Below are positions 1-9,414 of a DNA stretch of 37,960 nucleotides, piece after piece. Source of the DNA: a virus (taxonomy: Duplodnaviria; Caudoviricetes); the IMG/VR virus record IMGVR_UViG_3300037423_000844, positions 1 to 37,960 of that record; one strand, written 5' to 3'. The stretch's first letter is position 1; every line of letters begins with the position of its first letter. The translations under genes and the position numbers were made by a program. Below the pieces are notes generated by a model that worked only from the letters and a program-made list of their open reading frames with translations, ran no database searches and was not told the origin of the DNA.

Positions 1-43
1 GGGCCGCCACGGGCCGCAACTGCGCGTGTTTATGGAGTTGTTT

Positions 44-169
44 CCGCAGTTTGCGGAGTCGATTAAGCGTGCAGGCGAGATCCTGCGCGCAGGCAAACAG
101 GAGGGAAAATGATCGTGACCGAGAACACCCGCGCAGCGCTTCAGGCGCACGACGCAGCAGCCGCGGCCG
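44..169. repeat. Terminal direct repeat, left copy (assembly overlap indicating a circular genome)
   Basis: 44-169 is identical to 37835-37960 (126 bp). Bases 1-43 are a diverged version of 37792-37834. Confidence 0.95.
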
Positions 170-531
170 CGACGCTGGACGACCTGCTTACCCGCTGGAA
201 TGCCTGGGCGCGCTCCGTGACCGTCGGCAAGGGCTACGGCAGCGCATCGCCGGGATGCGGCGGCTACCGTGCGTCACGCCAGTACGATGACGCCAACGGG
301 GCGCTGGATGACGACATCGAGCACTCCGTGATGCGCCAGGTGGACCACGAAATCATGGAGCTCGCCGACCCGTACCGCAGCGCGATCATTGCGCACGCGC
401 GCAACTTGGCGTCCGGCCTGGACGTGTGGAGCAGCCCGCGGCTGCCGGCCGACCCGAAGGAGCGCCGCGCCATCGTGCACGAAGCCCGGGGCATGCTGAT
501 TCGGCGCTTGACAAGAGCCGGCGTGATGTGA
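109..531 (+). CDS. Putative late antitermination protein (Q-like)
   Basis: Last gene of the rightward early operon, followed by a promoter, a terminator and terS (lambda Q-pR'-tR' layout). LLTRWNAWAR N-terminus. GGAGG RBS. Confidence 0.55.
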   Translation: MIVTENTRAALQAHDAAAAAATLDDLLTRWNAWARSVTVGKGYGSASPGCGGYRASRQYDDANGALDDDIEHSVMRQVDHEIMELADPYRSAIIAHARNLASGLDVWSSPRLPADPKERRAIVHEARGMLIRRLTRAGVM

Positions 532-535
532 AAAT
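508..535 (+). promoter_or_regulatory. Late promoter (pR'-like)
   Basis: Perfect TTGACA at 508-513, 16-nt spacer, TG-n-GAAAAT extended -10 at 527-535. Confidence 0.55.
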
Positions 536-567
536 AAAGGGGTAGCGCGTAAGCGTGTCCAAATTCC

Positions 568-605
568 AAGCCCGCCCGGAGCGATCCCGGCGGGCTTTTT
601 CATTT
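568..605 (+). terminator. Intrinsic terminator (tR'-like)
   Basis: AAGCCCGCC/GGCGGGCTT stem with inner GGA-GCGA-TCC, followed by a T-run. Confidence 0.75.
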
Positions 606-639
606 GCGCGAGTGACCAACCCCAGGGAGTCACGAAGCC

Positions 640-1002
640 ATGTCTGAAAACATTCAAAAGATTTCAAAGGAATCAAACGGGCGAGGTGGTGCGCGCAAAG
701 GCGCCGGCCGCAAGGCAGGCAGCGCGACCAAGAAAACCCGGGAGATTGCTGACCGCGCTGTAGACGAGGGCATCACTCCGCTGGAGTACATGCTGAAGGT
801 GATGCGCTCGGACACGACGCACGAAGACCCGCGCATCCAGGCGCAGCGCGAGGCGATGGCGTTTGAGGCGGCCAAGAGTGCGGCGCCGTACATCCATCCG
901 AAGCTGGCGAGCATCGAGCACACCGGCAAGGATGGCGGGGCGCTGGAGACGGTGACGCGCATTGAGCTTGTGCCGCTGACCGATGGCCGCGGCGCAAATT
1001 GA
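640..1002 (+). CDS. terS: Terminase small subunit
   Basis: GRGGARKGAGRK N-terminus, TPLEYML and AAKSAAPYIHPKL motifs, C-terminal EHTGKDGG. Overlaps terL. Confidence 0.8.
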   Translation: MSENIQKISKESNGRGGARKGAGRKAGSATKKTREIADRAVDEGITPLEYMLKVMRSDTTHEDPRIQAQREAMAFEAAKSAAPYIHPKLASIEHTGKDGGALETVTRIELVPLTDGRGAN

Positions 1003-2293
1003 GATCGTCCCGAAGCTGATCCCGGTCTTTGAGGGCCGGGCAGACGTTCGAGGGGCATACGGCGGCCGTGGAAGTGGCAAGACGCGCTCGTTTGCGCTGA
1101 TGGCCGCAGTGCAGGGCTACATCCACGGCAATGCCGGCACGAGCGGCATCCTGCTGTGTGCGCGGCAGTTCATGAACTCGCTGGAGGATTCCTCGCTGGA
1201 GGAGGTCAGGCGGGCGATTGAGGGCACACCGTTCCTGGCTGCGTGGTACGAGATTGGCGAGAAGTACATCCGCAGCAAGTGCGGGCGCATCTCGTTTGCC
1301 TTTGCCGGCCTGGATCGCAACATCGCTTCGATCAAGTCGAAGGGCCGGCTGCTGCTGTGCTGGGTGGACGAAGCCGAGGCGGTGACGAACGAGGCGTGGA
1401 CGACGCTGATTCCGACGCTGCGCGAGGAGGCCGAGGGCTGGAACGCTGAGCTGTGGGTGACGTGGAACCCGAAGCGCAAGGCTGCGCCGGTCGAGTCGCG
1501 TTTCCGCTTCAGCACTGACCCGCTGACGAAAGTGGTTGAGTGCAACTGGCGCGACAACCCGCGGTTCCCTGCGAAGCTGGAGCGCGACAGACAACGGGAC
1601 CTGGCAGAGCGGCCGGACCAGTACGACCACATTTGGGAGGGCGCTTACGCCACGGTGATGGAGGGCGCGTATTACGCTGCCTGCATCACTCAGGCGCGGC
1701 AGCAGGGGCGCATTGGCCGTGTGGCCGCTGACCCGCTGATGACGGTGCGCCTGTTCTGCGACATCGGCGGCACGGGCGCGCGGGCTGACGCATTCGCCAT
1801 TTGGGCGGCGCAGTTCATTGGGCGCGAGGTGCGCGTGCTGGACTACTACGAGGCTGTCGGCCAGCCGCTGGCGGCTCACCTGGCGTGGTGCCGCTCGCGC
1901 GGCTACACGCCTGACCGCGCGCAGTGGTGGCTTCCGCATGACGGGGCGACGCAAGACAAGGTGCATGCCGTGTCCTATCAGTCCGCGCTGGAGCAGGCGG
2001 GCTACGTGGTCACGGTGGTGCCGAACCAAGGCCGCGGGGCTGCTGCCGCGCGCATTGAGGCGCTGCGCCGGCTGTTCCCGTCGATGTGGTTTAACGAGGA
2101 AACGACCCGCCCGGGCTTGGAGGCGCTGGGCTTCTATCACGAGAAGCGGGATCAAGAGCGAAACATCGGCCTTGGTCCTGAGCACGATTGGTCATCGCAC
2201 GGCGCCGACGCAGGTGGCCTGATGGCTGTTGCCTACGAAGCGCCGGCAAATCAGCCGGTGCAGATCAACTACCGCAATCGAAGAATCGCATGA
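983..2293 (+). CDS. terL: Terminase large subunit (PBSX-like)
   Basis: Walker A GGRGSGKT, Walker B WVDEAE, TWNP motif and C-terminal HDWSSHGADA nuclease motif. Confidence 0.95.
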   Translation: MAAAQIEIVPKLIPVFEGRADVRGAYGGRGSGKTRSFALMAAVQGYIHGNAGTSGILLCARQFMNSLEDSSLEEVRRAIEGTPFLAAWYEIGEKYIRSKCGRISFAFAGLDRNIASIKSKGRLLLCWVDEAEAVTNEAWTTLIPTLREEAEGWNAELWVTWNPKRKAAPVESRFRFSTDPLTKVVECNWRDNPRFPAKLERDRQRDLAERPDQYDHIWEGAYATVMEGAYYAACITQARQQGRIGRVAADPLMTVRLFCDIGGTGARADAFAIWAAQFIGREVRVLDYYEAVGQPLAAHLAWCRSRGYTPDRAQWWLPHDGATQDKVHAVSYQSALEQAGYVVTVVPNQGRGAAAARIEALRRLFPSMWFNEETTRPGLEALGFYHEKRDQERNIGLGPEHDWSSHGADAGGLMAVAYEAPANQPVQINYRNRRIA

Positions 2294-4434
2294 GCAAGAT
2301 GTCCGAAGACGACCTGTTGGCGTTTCTGCGCGCAGAGCAGGATGCCGCCTGGGAGTTCTCGGACGGCGCTCTGGCGCAGGCCCGTGAGCAGGCAATGCGC
2401 GCGTATCTGCGCGAGCCGTACGGCAACGAGGAAGAAGGCCGATCAGCTGTCATCGCGTCCGACACGTTCGACGCCATTGAGGGCATGCTGCCCGACCTGG
2501 TCGAGGTCTTTGTGAGCTCGGACAAGGCGGTGGTGTTCGACCCGGTCGGCCCCGAAGACGAAGAAGGCGCGAAGCAGGCCACGGACGCCTGCAACTACGT
2601 GTTCTACAAGCAGAACAACGGTTTCCTGACGCTCTACACAGCAGCCAAGGACGCGCTGATGCTGCGCACGGGCGGCGTGAAGTGGTGCTGGGAGGTCAAG
2701 CGCACCCCGGACTTCGCCACGTACCGCGGCGTGAGTGAGATCCAGCTTGCTGTGCACTTGGCGACGCATCCTGACGCCGAGGTAATCGGCCGCGAGGACT
2801 ACGAGCCGACCGAGCAGGAGCAGCAGCAACGCCAGCAGCTGGAGCAGCAAGCCGCGGCCGCTGGCCAGGCGCTGCCGCCCGAGCCGCCGCGCTTCACGGT
2901 CAAGATCAAGACGGTGAAGCAGAAGGGCCGCGTTCGGATCATGCCGATCCCGCCGCAGGAGCTGCAGGTTTCCCGCCGGCACAACAGCGTGCTGCTGGAC
3001 GAATGCCCCTATGTGGCTCACGTCACCGAGAAAACGCTGTCCGACCTGATCCAGATGGGCCTGGACGTGGACGAGGACGACGTGAAAGCGTCTCAGACCG
3101 ACCGCCGGGCCGAGGAAGACCGCCGCTCGTGGCTGGAACTGCGCCGCGACGAGCAGTCCCGCGACCCGAGCATGACCCGTGGGTGGCTGCGCGAGGAATA
3201 CGTGCTGTGCGACTACGACGGTGACGGCATTGCCGAGCGCCGGCGCATCCTGCGCTTGGGTCAGAAGGTGCTGGAGAACGAGGAAGTGTCCCATGTGCCC
3301 ATCGCGGCCTGGACGCCATACATCCTGCAGCACCGTTTCAGCGGCATTAGCGTGGCCGACCTGGTCGAGGACTTCCAGCGCATCAGCACCGAGATACTGC
3401 GCGCGCAACTGGACAACCTGGCGCTTGCGAACAACCAGGAAACCGTCGTCACGACGAACCCGCAGGGCACGCCGCTGGCCAACATCGACGACCTGCTGAA
3501 TCGCCGGCCGGGCGGCATCATCCGCGAGCAGCAGCCCGGCGCTGTGCGCCCGTATGTGGAGCGCTGGCAGGGCATCGAGGCGATGCCCATGGTCGAGATG
3601 CTGCAGAGCGCCAAGGAGAACCGCACCGGTTACACGCGCTACAGCCAAGGCCTGGACGCCGACAGTCTGAACAAGACCGCGCACGGCATGCAGCAGATCA
3701 TGAACGCCAGCCAGAAGCGCATGAAGCTCATGGCGCGCATCATGGCCGAGGCGCTGGTGGCGCCGATGTTCCGCGGCATCTTCAAGACGCTGACGGACTA
3801 CTGCATGGAGGCGCTGAGCTTCCGCCTGAACGGCCGATTCGTGCAGTACGACCCGCAGAGCTGGCGCGATCAGTACGACATGACGATCAACGTCGGCATT
3901 GGCACCGGCGACGTGCAGCAGCAGGCCGCGATGCTCCAGCAGATCGCCCAGGCGCAGGCCTTCTGGCTGCAGACGCCGATGGGCGCGCAGCTCGTGAAGC
4001 CGCAGCACGTGCATGCGGTGCAGGCGCGTATCGCAGAGAACGCGGGGTTCAAGAATCCGGGTGAATTCTGGTCGGACCCGAACAGCGAGCCGCCGCCGCA
4101 GATGCCGCCGCCCCCGCCTGACCCCAAGATCGTCACGACGCAGATGCAGTTGCAGGCCGACGCACAGAAGACGCAGGCCACGATGCAGACGGACGCTCAG
4201 AAGTTCCAGGCCCAGCTGGCGTTCGACGCGCAGCAGGCCCAGCTTGACCGCGAGTCGAAAGAGCGCATCGAGCTTGCCAGGCTGCAAGTCCAGGCCGCCA
4301 CGAAGCAGGCCGAGATTGCCTCGCAGCAGCAGCCGGACATGATGGGCGTGCTGCAGCCTCTGGCCGAGCAAATCCAGGCGCTGGCAAACGGCATGCGCTT
4401 ACTTGAGCAGCGGCTCGGCATATCACAGGGATGA
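2290..4434 (+). CDS. Portal protein
   Basis: Start moved to ATG 2290 (ATGA overlap with terL). About 714 aa, YLREPYGNEEEGRS N-terminus, DYDGDGIAERRR motif and Gln-rich coiled C-terminus typical of podovirus portals. Confidence 0.9.
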   Translation: MSKMSEDDLLAFLRAEQDAAWEFSDGALAQAREQAMRAYLREPYGNEEEGRSAVIASDTFDAIEGMLPDLVEVFVSSDKAVVFDPVGPEDEEGAKQATDACNYVFYKQNNGFLTLYTAAKDALMLRTGGVKWCWEVKRTPDFATYRGVSEIQLAVHLATHPDAEVIGREDYEPTEQEQQQRQQLEQQAAAAGQALPPEPPRFTVKIKTVKQKGRVRIMPIPPQELQVSRRHNSVLLDECPYVAHVTEKTLSDLIQMGLDVDEDDVKASQTDRRAEEDRRSWLELRRDEQSRDPSMTRGWLREEYVLCDYDGDGIAERRRILRLGQKVLENEEVSHVPIAAWTPYILQHRFSGISVADLVEDFQRISTEILRAQLDNLALANNQETVVTTNPQGTPLANIDDLLNRRPGGIIREQQPGAVRPYVERWQGIEAMPMVEMLQSAKENRTGYTRYSQGLDADSLNKTAHGMQQIMNASQKRMKLMARIMAEALVAPMFRGIFKTLTDYCMEALSFRLNGRFVQYDPQSWRDQYDMTINVGIGTGDVQQQAAMLQQIAQAQAFWLQTPMGAQLVKPQHVHAVQARIAENAGFKNPGEFWSDPNSEPPPQMPPPPPDPKIVTTQMQLQADAQKTQATMQTDAQKFQAQLAFDAQQAQLDRESKERIELARLQVQAATKQAEIASQQQPDMMGVLQPLAEQIQALANGMRLLEQRLGISQG

Positions 4435-4742
4435 GCATGAACGACACCGACCGCATGAGCGCGCTGCACGAAGAACAGGAGCGCGGGCGCCGCGCTGCTG
4501 AATTGCTGAGCAATGACCTGCTGCAGGACGCGCTGAAGGCCATCGAGGCCGAAGTTATCGAGCAGTGGAAAGCCTGCCCGGCACGCGATGCCGAAGGCAA
4601 GGAGGCGCTGTGGCAGTTGATGAAGACCGCCGACAAGTTCAGGGTGATGCTGACTGGTCACATCGAGGTCGGCAAGCTGGCCACACTGAACCTCAAGCGC
4701 TACGAAGAACGCCGCGGACTGCGGGCCATCCTGGGCCGCTGA
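4431..4742 (+). CDS. Small conserved protein between portal and scaffold
   Basis: 103-aa helical ORF, ATGA-coupled to the portal. Position is typical of podovirus head modules. Confidence 0.75.
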   Translation: MSMNDTDRMSALHEEQERGRRAAELLSNDLLQDALKAIEAEVIEQWKACPARDAEGKEALWQLMKTADKFRVMLTGHIEVGKLATLNLKRYEERRGLRAILGR

Positions 4743-4763
4743 TCCACCCCAGATTCACAACAC

Positions 4764-4787
4764 AGCCCGCCGCGAGCGGGCTTTTTT
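4764..4787 (+). terminator. Terminator-like hairpin directly before the scaffold start
   Basis: AGCCCGC-CGCGA-GCGGGCT followed by TTTTT. Confidence 0.6.
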
Positions 4788-4793
4788 ACGACC

Positions 4794-5729
4794 ATGGACG
4801 ACCAAGCAAACGCAGTCGAATCCGCTGATCCGCTGGATGATCTCGTCAACGCACTCGGGGATCCCGAGCAGCACGAGGACGAGGAAGAACAGCAAACCGG
4901 CTCGGAAACCACCGACGAGCACGCCGAAGAACCGGAGCATGACGAGGCCAAGGACACCCAGCCTCAGAAGTTCCGTGTGAAGGTGCGCGGCGAGGACGGC
5001 TCCGAGAAGGACGAAGACCTGTCGCTTGATGAACTGGCGGCCGGCTACATGCGCAATGCGGACTACACCCGCAAGCAGCAGCAGGCCGCAGCCAAGGTGG
5101 AGCAGGAGGCGGCCGAGCGCGTCTCCAAAATCCACGAGGCGGCAGTGGACCAATTGAACCGCCTGCAAGCGCTGGCCCTGGAGCAGGCCGCTCCCGACCT
5201 GATGCGTGTGGACTGGCAACGACTTGCTCAGGAAGACCCCGCGCAATACGTGGCCCTGCAGGCCAAGCAGCAGCAGCTCAACGCCACGCTGCAAGCGCTG
5301 GAGCAGCGCAAGCAGGCCCACCAGGCCGAACTGAGCAAGACCGAGCAGCAGCGACTGGACCAAGCCTTGCGGCAGTCCGAGGAAGTGCTGAGCAAGTCGG
5401 TCAAGGGCTTTACCGAATCGACGGTGACGGACCTGATTGGCGTGGTGGACAAGGACTACGGCATCAAGCGCGAGCATTTGCGCGACGTGGCCCAGGCCAT
5501 CGCCAAGAGCGGCCTGCCGGCCGACACGCTGGGCAAGTTGCTGCTGGGGCTCCACGAGGGTGCGCAGTGGCGAAAGCTGCAAGCAGCCAAGCCGCAGGCA
5601 ATGAAAAAGGTCGCGGACGCGCCCAGGGTCATCAAGCCCGCCGCGCCGCAGCCGCGCAACGTCAACAAGGCCGCCTCCGACCGCCTCAAAAAGAGCGGGC
5701 GCGTCGAGGACTTGGCCGCATTCCTCTGA
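4794..5729 (+). CDS. Capsid scaffolding protein
   Basis: Acidic N-terminus, LDELAAGYMRNADYTRKQQ and DWQRLAQEDPAQY motifs, coiled coil. Lies directly upstream of the capsid gene. Confidence 0.85.
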   Translation: MDDQANAVESADPLDDLVNALGDPEQHEDEEEQQTGSETTDEHAEEPEHDEAKDTQPQKFRVKVRGEDGSEKDEDLSLDELAAGYMRNADYTRKQQQAAAKVEQEAAERVSKIHEAAVDQLNRLQALALEQAAPDLMRVDWQRLAQEDPAQYVALQAKQQQLNATLQALEQRKQAHQAELSKTEQQRLDQALRQSEEVLSKSVKGFTESTVTDLIGVVDKDYGIKREHLRDVAQAIAKSGLPADTLGKLLLGLHEGAQWRKLQAAKPQAMKKVADAPRVIKPAAPQPRNVNKAASDRLKKSGRVEDLAAFL

Positions 5730-5746
5730 TCTGAAAAGGAATTTCC

Positions 5747-6718
5747 ATGACTCAGCCGACCAACACTTTCGACTCGTACACCGCCAAGGGCAACCGCGAG
5801 GATCTGCAGGACAAGATTTACATGGTGTCGCCCGAGTCGACGCCAGTGCTGTCCGCCGGTCGTCGCTTCACCGCCACGTCCAAGTTCCACGAGTGGCAGC
5901 GCGACAGCCTGGCCGCTCCGAACAAGGACAACGCGGTGGTCGAAGGCGACGACCGCACCGGCACCAGCCTGACGGCGACGGATCGCGTGGGCAACTACGT
6001 GCAGCTGTTCGACAAGGTCGCCGTGGTCACCAGCACGCAGGAGCAGTCCAAGAGCGCCGGCCGCTCGTCGGAGATGGCCTACCAGAAGGCCAAGTCCATG
6101 ACGGAACTGAAGCGCGACCTTGAGGCTGCGCTGATCTCCAAGAACGCCGCCGTGGCCGGCAACTCCAGCACCGCCCGCAAGCTGGGCGGCCTGGGCGTGA
6201 TGCTGTACACCAACGCGCTGCACAACGGCGCCGGCGCCACCGCCACGCACAACAGCGGCGCTCCGACCACCGCCGTGACCGCCGGCACCAACCGCGCGTT
6301 CACCGAAGCGCTCATCAAGAGCGCGATGCAGTCGGTGTACACCAACAGCGGCGAGATGCCCTCCGTCATCTCGATGACGCCCAGCCACAAGGGCACGTTC
6401 AGCGGCTTCTCGGGCATCGCCGTGAACCGCTTCCAGGTGGCGAAGGGCAAGCAGGGCGTGATCGTCGGTGGCGCCGACGTGTATATGTCCGACTTCGGCG
6501 AATTGACCGTGGTGCCCAACTACGTGCAGGCCACCGCAGCCTCGGATGTGGTCTACATCCTGAACCCGGACACCTACGGCGTGGGCTACCTGCAGGGCTT
6601 CGACAGCACGCCGCTCGCCAAGACCGGCCACACCGAGAAATGCCTGTGCTTCGTGGAAGCCACGGTGGTGGTGACCGCCGAGAAGGCGAACGCCAAGATC
6701 GACAACCTGACCCCCTGA
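5747..6718 (+). CDS. Major capsid protein (DUF5309/SU10-like)
   Basis: GNREDLQDKIYMVSPESTP, HEWQRDSL, RVGNYVQ, ELKRDLE and YMSDFG motifs. Strong AAGGA RBS, biased codons, terminator downstream. Confidence 0.9.
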   Translation: MTQPTNTFDSYTAKGNREDLQDKIYMVSPESTPVLSAGRRFTATSKFHEWQRDSLAAPNKDNAVVEGDDRTGTSLTATDRVGNYVQLFDKVAVVTSTQEQSKSAGRSSEMAYQKAKSMTELKRDLEAALISKNAAVAGNSSTARKLGGLGVMLYTNALHNGAGATATHNSGAPTTAVTAGTNRAFTEALIKSAMQSVYTNSGEMPSVISMTPSHKGTFSGFSGIAVNRFQVAKGKQGVIVGGADVYMSDFGELTVVPNYVQATAASDVVYILNPDTYGVGYLQGFDSTPLAKTGHTEKCLCFVEATVVVTAEKANAKIDNLTP

Positions 6719-6738
6719 TCGGCCAGCCCATCAACCAG

Positions 6739-6762
6739 AAGGCCCCTACGGGGGCCTTTTTT
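6739..6762 (+). terminator. Intrinsic terminator after the capsid gene
   Basis: AAGGCCCC-TACG-GGGGCC followed by TTTTTT. Confidence 0.85.
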
Positions 6763-6776
6763 ACGCCTGCTTCTCC

Positions 6777-7082
6777 ATGTCCATCGTCTATCAAGAGCAC
6801 GACGCCGAAACCGGCATCAAGACCCGCGTTCACGACATCGCCGACTCCGGGCGTGTGGTCATCGAAAAGCAGTACGACGCGCAGCCGCTGGTGGATGCCG
6901 CGGCCGAGATGCGCGCCGCTACCGCTGGCCAGCGGTGGGGCGAGATGCGCCACGTCGGATTCATCCCCATGGCCGAGTTGGCGACGATGATGCGCCAGGA
7001 CGGCGGCTTTGACCGCGCCCGGGTGCTGGCATACCTGAAGGCGAATCCCGCCCTCGCCACGTTCAGCAAGGTGCTGAAGTGA
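6777..7082 (+). CDS. Hypothetical virion/head-completion protein
   Basis: 101-aa ORF with MRHVGFIP motif, between capsid and adaptor. Confidence 0.75.
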   Translation: MSIVYQEHDAETGIKTRVHDIADSGRVVIEKQYDAQPLVDAAAEMRAATAGQRWGEMRHVGFIPMAELATMMRQDGGFDRARVLAYLKANPALATFSKVLK

Positions 7083-7666
7083 GTATCGGCACCTATTCCG
7101 AGCTCCAGACGGCCGTTGCCGGCTGGCTGCACCGCGGCGACATGGCCGCGCGCATCCCTGAGTTCATCGCGCTGGCCGAGGCCAAGATTGCACGGCGCCT
7201 GCGCGTGCCAGGCATGGAATCGGCGCTGTCGTCGGTCACGATCACGGACAGTCTGATCCCGCTGCCGTCGGATTTCGCTGGCGTGAAAACGCTGTGGGTG
7301 GACGGCTACCCCGTGGACCCGCTGGAGCCGCAGGCGCTGGAATCGGTGCTCGCGGCCACGGGCCAGGGCGTCGCCACGCTGTACGCGCGCCAGGGGTCGA
7401 ACTTGCGATTCGACGGCACGGGCGACGTGTCGGGGGTCTATTACGCCCGCGTGCCGGCGCTGTCCGATGCCGCGCCGACGAACTGGCTTCTCAGCGACTC
7501 GCCGGACCTGTACTTGTTCGGCGCACTCGGCGAGGCCGCGCTGCACATCAAAGACGAGCAGCGCGGGGCGCTATGGCAACAGCGCTTCGAAGTGCTGATT
7601 GATGAGCTGAACGCCGCGGCCGTGCGCGACAGCTACGGCGGGCCGCTGGTAGCGAGGGCGCGATGA
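7079..7666 (+). CDS. Head-tail adaptor (tail tubular A-like)
   Basis: TYSELQTAVAGWLHR...IPEFIALAEAKIARRLR and TNWLLSDSPDLYLFGAL motifs. GTG start overlaps the previous stop. Confidence 0.75.
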   Translation: MSIGTYSELQTAVAGWLHRGDMAARIPEFIALAEAKIARRLRVPGMESALSSVTITDSLIPLPSDFAGVKTLWVDGYPVDPLEPQALESVLAATGQGVATLYARQGSNLRFDGTGDVSGVYYARVPALSDAAPTNWLLSDSPDLYLFGALGEAALHIKDEQRGALWQQRFEVLIDELNAAAVRDSYGGPLVARAR

Positions 7667-9126
7667 TTCCGCTGCTTGGATTTACCCCTGATGCGCCGCC
7701 AGAGACGCCTGGCGCGATCCTGGCGTGCAGCAACGTCGTGCCGACCGAGCGCGGCATGGCCGCTGCACCGTCTGGCGTTGCGCCTGCTGCTGTTGGCCCT
7801 TTGGCGGCTGACTGCCGCGGCGCTGCGACGCTGACGCGATTGGATGGCTCGCGCCGCCTGATTGCCGGCACCGCATCGGGACTGTACGAGTTGGCGACGG
7901 GCGCGACCTGGGATGATGTCTCGCGCGCTGGCGGCTACACGGGCGCCTCTGAAGGCTCATGGCAACTGTGGCAGTTCGGCGACGACACCATCGCGTCGGA
8001 CGGCGTTGCGCCGATTCAGCGCAGCACCGGGACGGATTTCGCTGACATTGCGGGCGCCCCGGTGGCGCAAGTGCTGTGCACGAGCAACAACTTTGTGCTG
8101 GGCTTCAACACCAGCGACGCAGGCTATGGCGTCAGCCCGGATCGGTGGTGGTGCTCCGCGCTGCTGGACGCATCGGACTGGACGCCGGACGTTGCGACGC
8201 AATGCACGACCGGCCGACTTGTGTCTGTGCCTGGTGAAATCGTCGCGGCGCTGCCCTTCGGCTCGCAGGTGGTGGCCTACAAGTCCGGCGGCATGTACCT
8301 TGGGAGCTACGTGGGCGCCCCGGTGGTGTGGCAGTGGGACCAGATACCTGGCGACCAGGGCTGTGCCGGGCCTGATGCTGTGTGCGATGTGCGACTCGCT
8401 GGCGCTCCTGCGGCACACGTGTTCGTCGGCGCCGACGGCAACATCTACCTTTTCGCCGGGGCCCAAGCGGTATCCATAGCAACTGGCAAGGTGCGCCGGT
8501 TTTTCGCCGAAGACAGCTCGCCGAACTACCGTTACAAGACCATCTGCCAATTCGATAGGCAGACGAACCGCGTGTGGATCTTCTACCCGTCACGCTTCTC
8601 GTCCACGCCGGATTCGGCTTTGGTCTATCACATGGAAACCCAGCGGTGGGGCCATGTGCAGATTGCCGTGAACGCGGCAATGAACTACGTGTCCCCGGGC
8701 TATGGTATTGATGACCTGCCGACAGTCGGCGGCGAGATTGACGACATCACGATCCCATTCGACAGCCAGTATTGGCTGGCCGGCGGGCGCGCGCTGTCGG
8801 TGTTCTCTGGTGGGCAGCTTCAGGCGCTCGTAGGCGCGTCGTCAGGGTGCTCGATCACGACCGGCGACGTAGGCGACGATGACCAGTATTCGACACTGCG
8901 CAGCATTCGTGCCCGCTTCCTGCGCGCACCATTGTCGGGGTCCGGGCAGGTTTACCAGAAGGCAAATTCGGGTGAAAATGCGACCGCTGGCGGAGCCATG
9001 TCCATGACGGGCTCGCGCTGGGATGTGATGCAGTCGGCGCGCTGGCATAGCGCGCGACTTGACGTGACGGGCGATTGCGAACTCAACGCCCTGCGCTTCG
9101 ACCTCGTGCCGGACGGGCTGGAATGA
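7663..9126 (+). CDS. Tail nozzle / DNA stabilisation protein (tail tubular B / P22 gp10-like)
   Basis: 487-aa beta-rich ORF following the adaptor. Assigned by synteny. Confidence 0.7.
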   Translation: MIPLLGFTPDAPPETPGAILACSNVVPTERGMAAAPSGVAPAAVGPLAADCRGAATLTRLDGSRRLIAGTASGLYELATGATWDDVSRAGGYTGASEGSWQLWQFGDDTIASDGVAPIQRSTGTDFADIAGAPVAQVLCTSNNFVLGFNTSDAGYGVSPDRWWCSALLDASDWTPDVATQCTTGRLVSVPGEIVAALPFGSQVVAYKSGGMYLGSYVGAPVVWQWDQIPGDQGCAGPDAVCDVRLAGAPAAHVFVGADGNIYLFAGAQAVSIATGKVRRFFAEDSSPNYRYKTICQFDRQTNRVWIFYPSRFSSTPDSALVYHMETQRWGHVQIAVNAAMNYVSPGYGIDDLPTVGGEIDDITIPFDSQYWLAGGRALSVFSGGQLQALVGASSGCSITTGDVGDDDQYSTLRSIRARFLRAPLSGSGQVYQKANSGENATAGGAMSMTGSRWDVMQSARWHSARLDVTGDCELNALRFDLVPDGLE

Positions 9127-9413
9127 AAGTATCCGAGCACGTAAACACGGGCGCCCCCGACAACATCATCCAACTGCTGCGCGCCATCGCGCGCAAGCTC
9201 AACGGCCTGGCCTCCGGCACCGCGTCCGCGCGGGATGGCGCGCTCACTGCGCCGCCGACCACTGGCACGTGGGCACAAGGTGACTTCGTCGAGAACGCCA
9301 CCAAAACAGAAGCCGGCAGCGCCGGCAGCAAATACGTCGTGCAGGGTTGGGACTGCGTAGCCGGGGGGACTCCGGGCACGTGGTTGCAGCGCCGCACGCT
9401 CACGGGGAACTGA
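9123..9413 (+). CDS. Small tail-associated protein
   Basis: Start at ATG 9123 (ATGA overlap). PTTGTWAQGDFV...GWDCVAGGTPGTW motif seen in tail-fibre-associated domains. Confidence 0.7.
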   Translation: MKVSEHVNTGAPDNIIQLLRAIARKLNGLASGTASARDGALTAPPTTGTWAQGDFVENATKTEAGSAGSKYVVQGWDCVAGGTPGTWLQRRTLTGN

Positions 9414-9414
9414 C

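Noticed and set aside
1-43. Diversity-generating retroelement VR/TR pair (1-43 versus 37792-37834)
   Set aside because: The mismatches are not adenine-specific, no reverse transcriptase is present, and the copies are the two contig ends.
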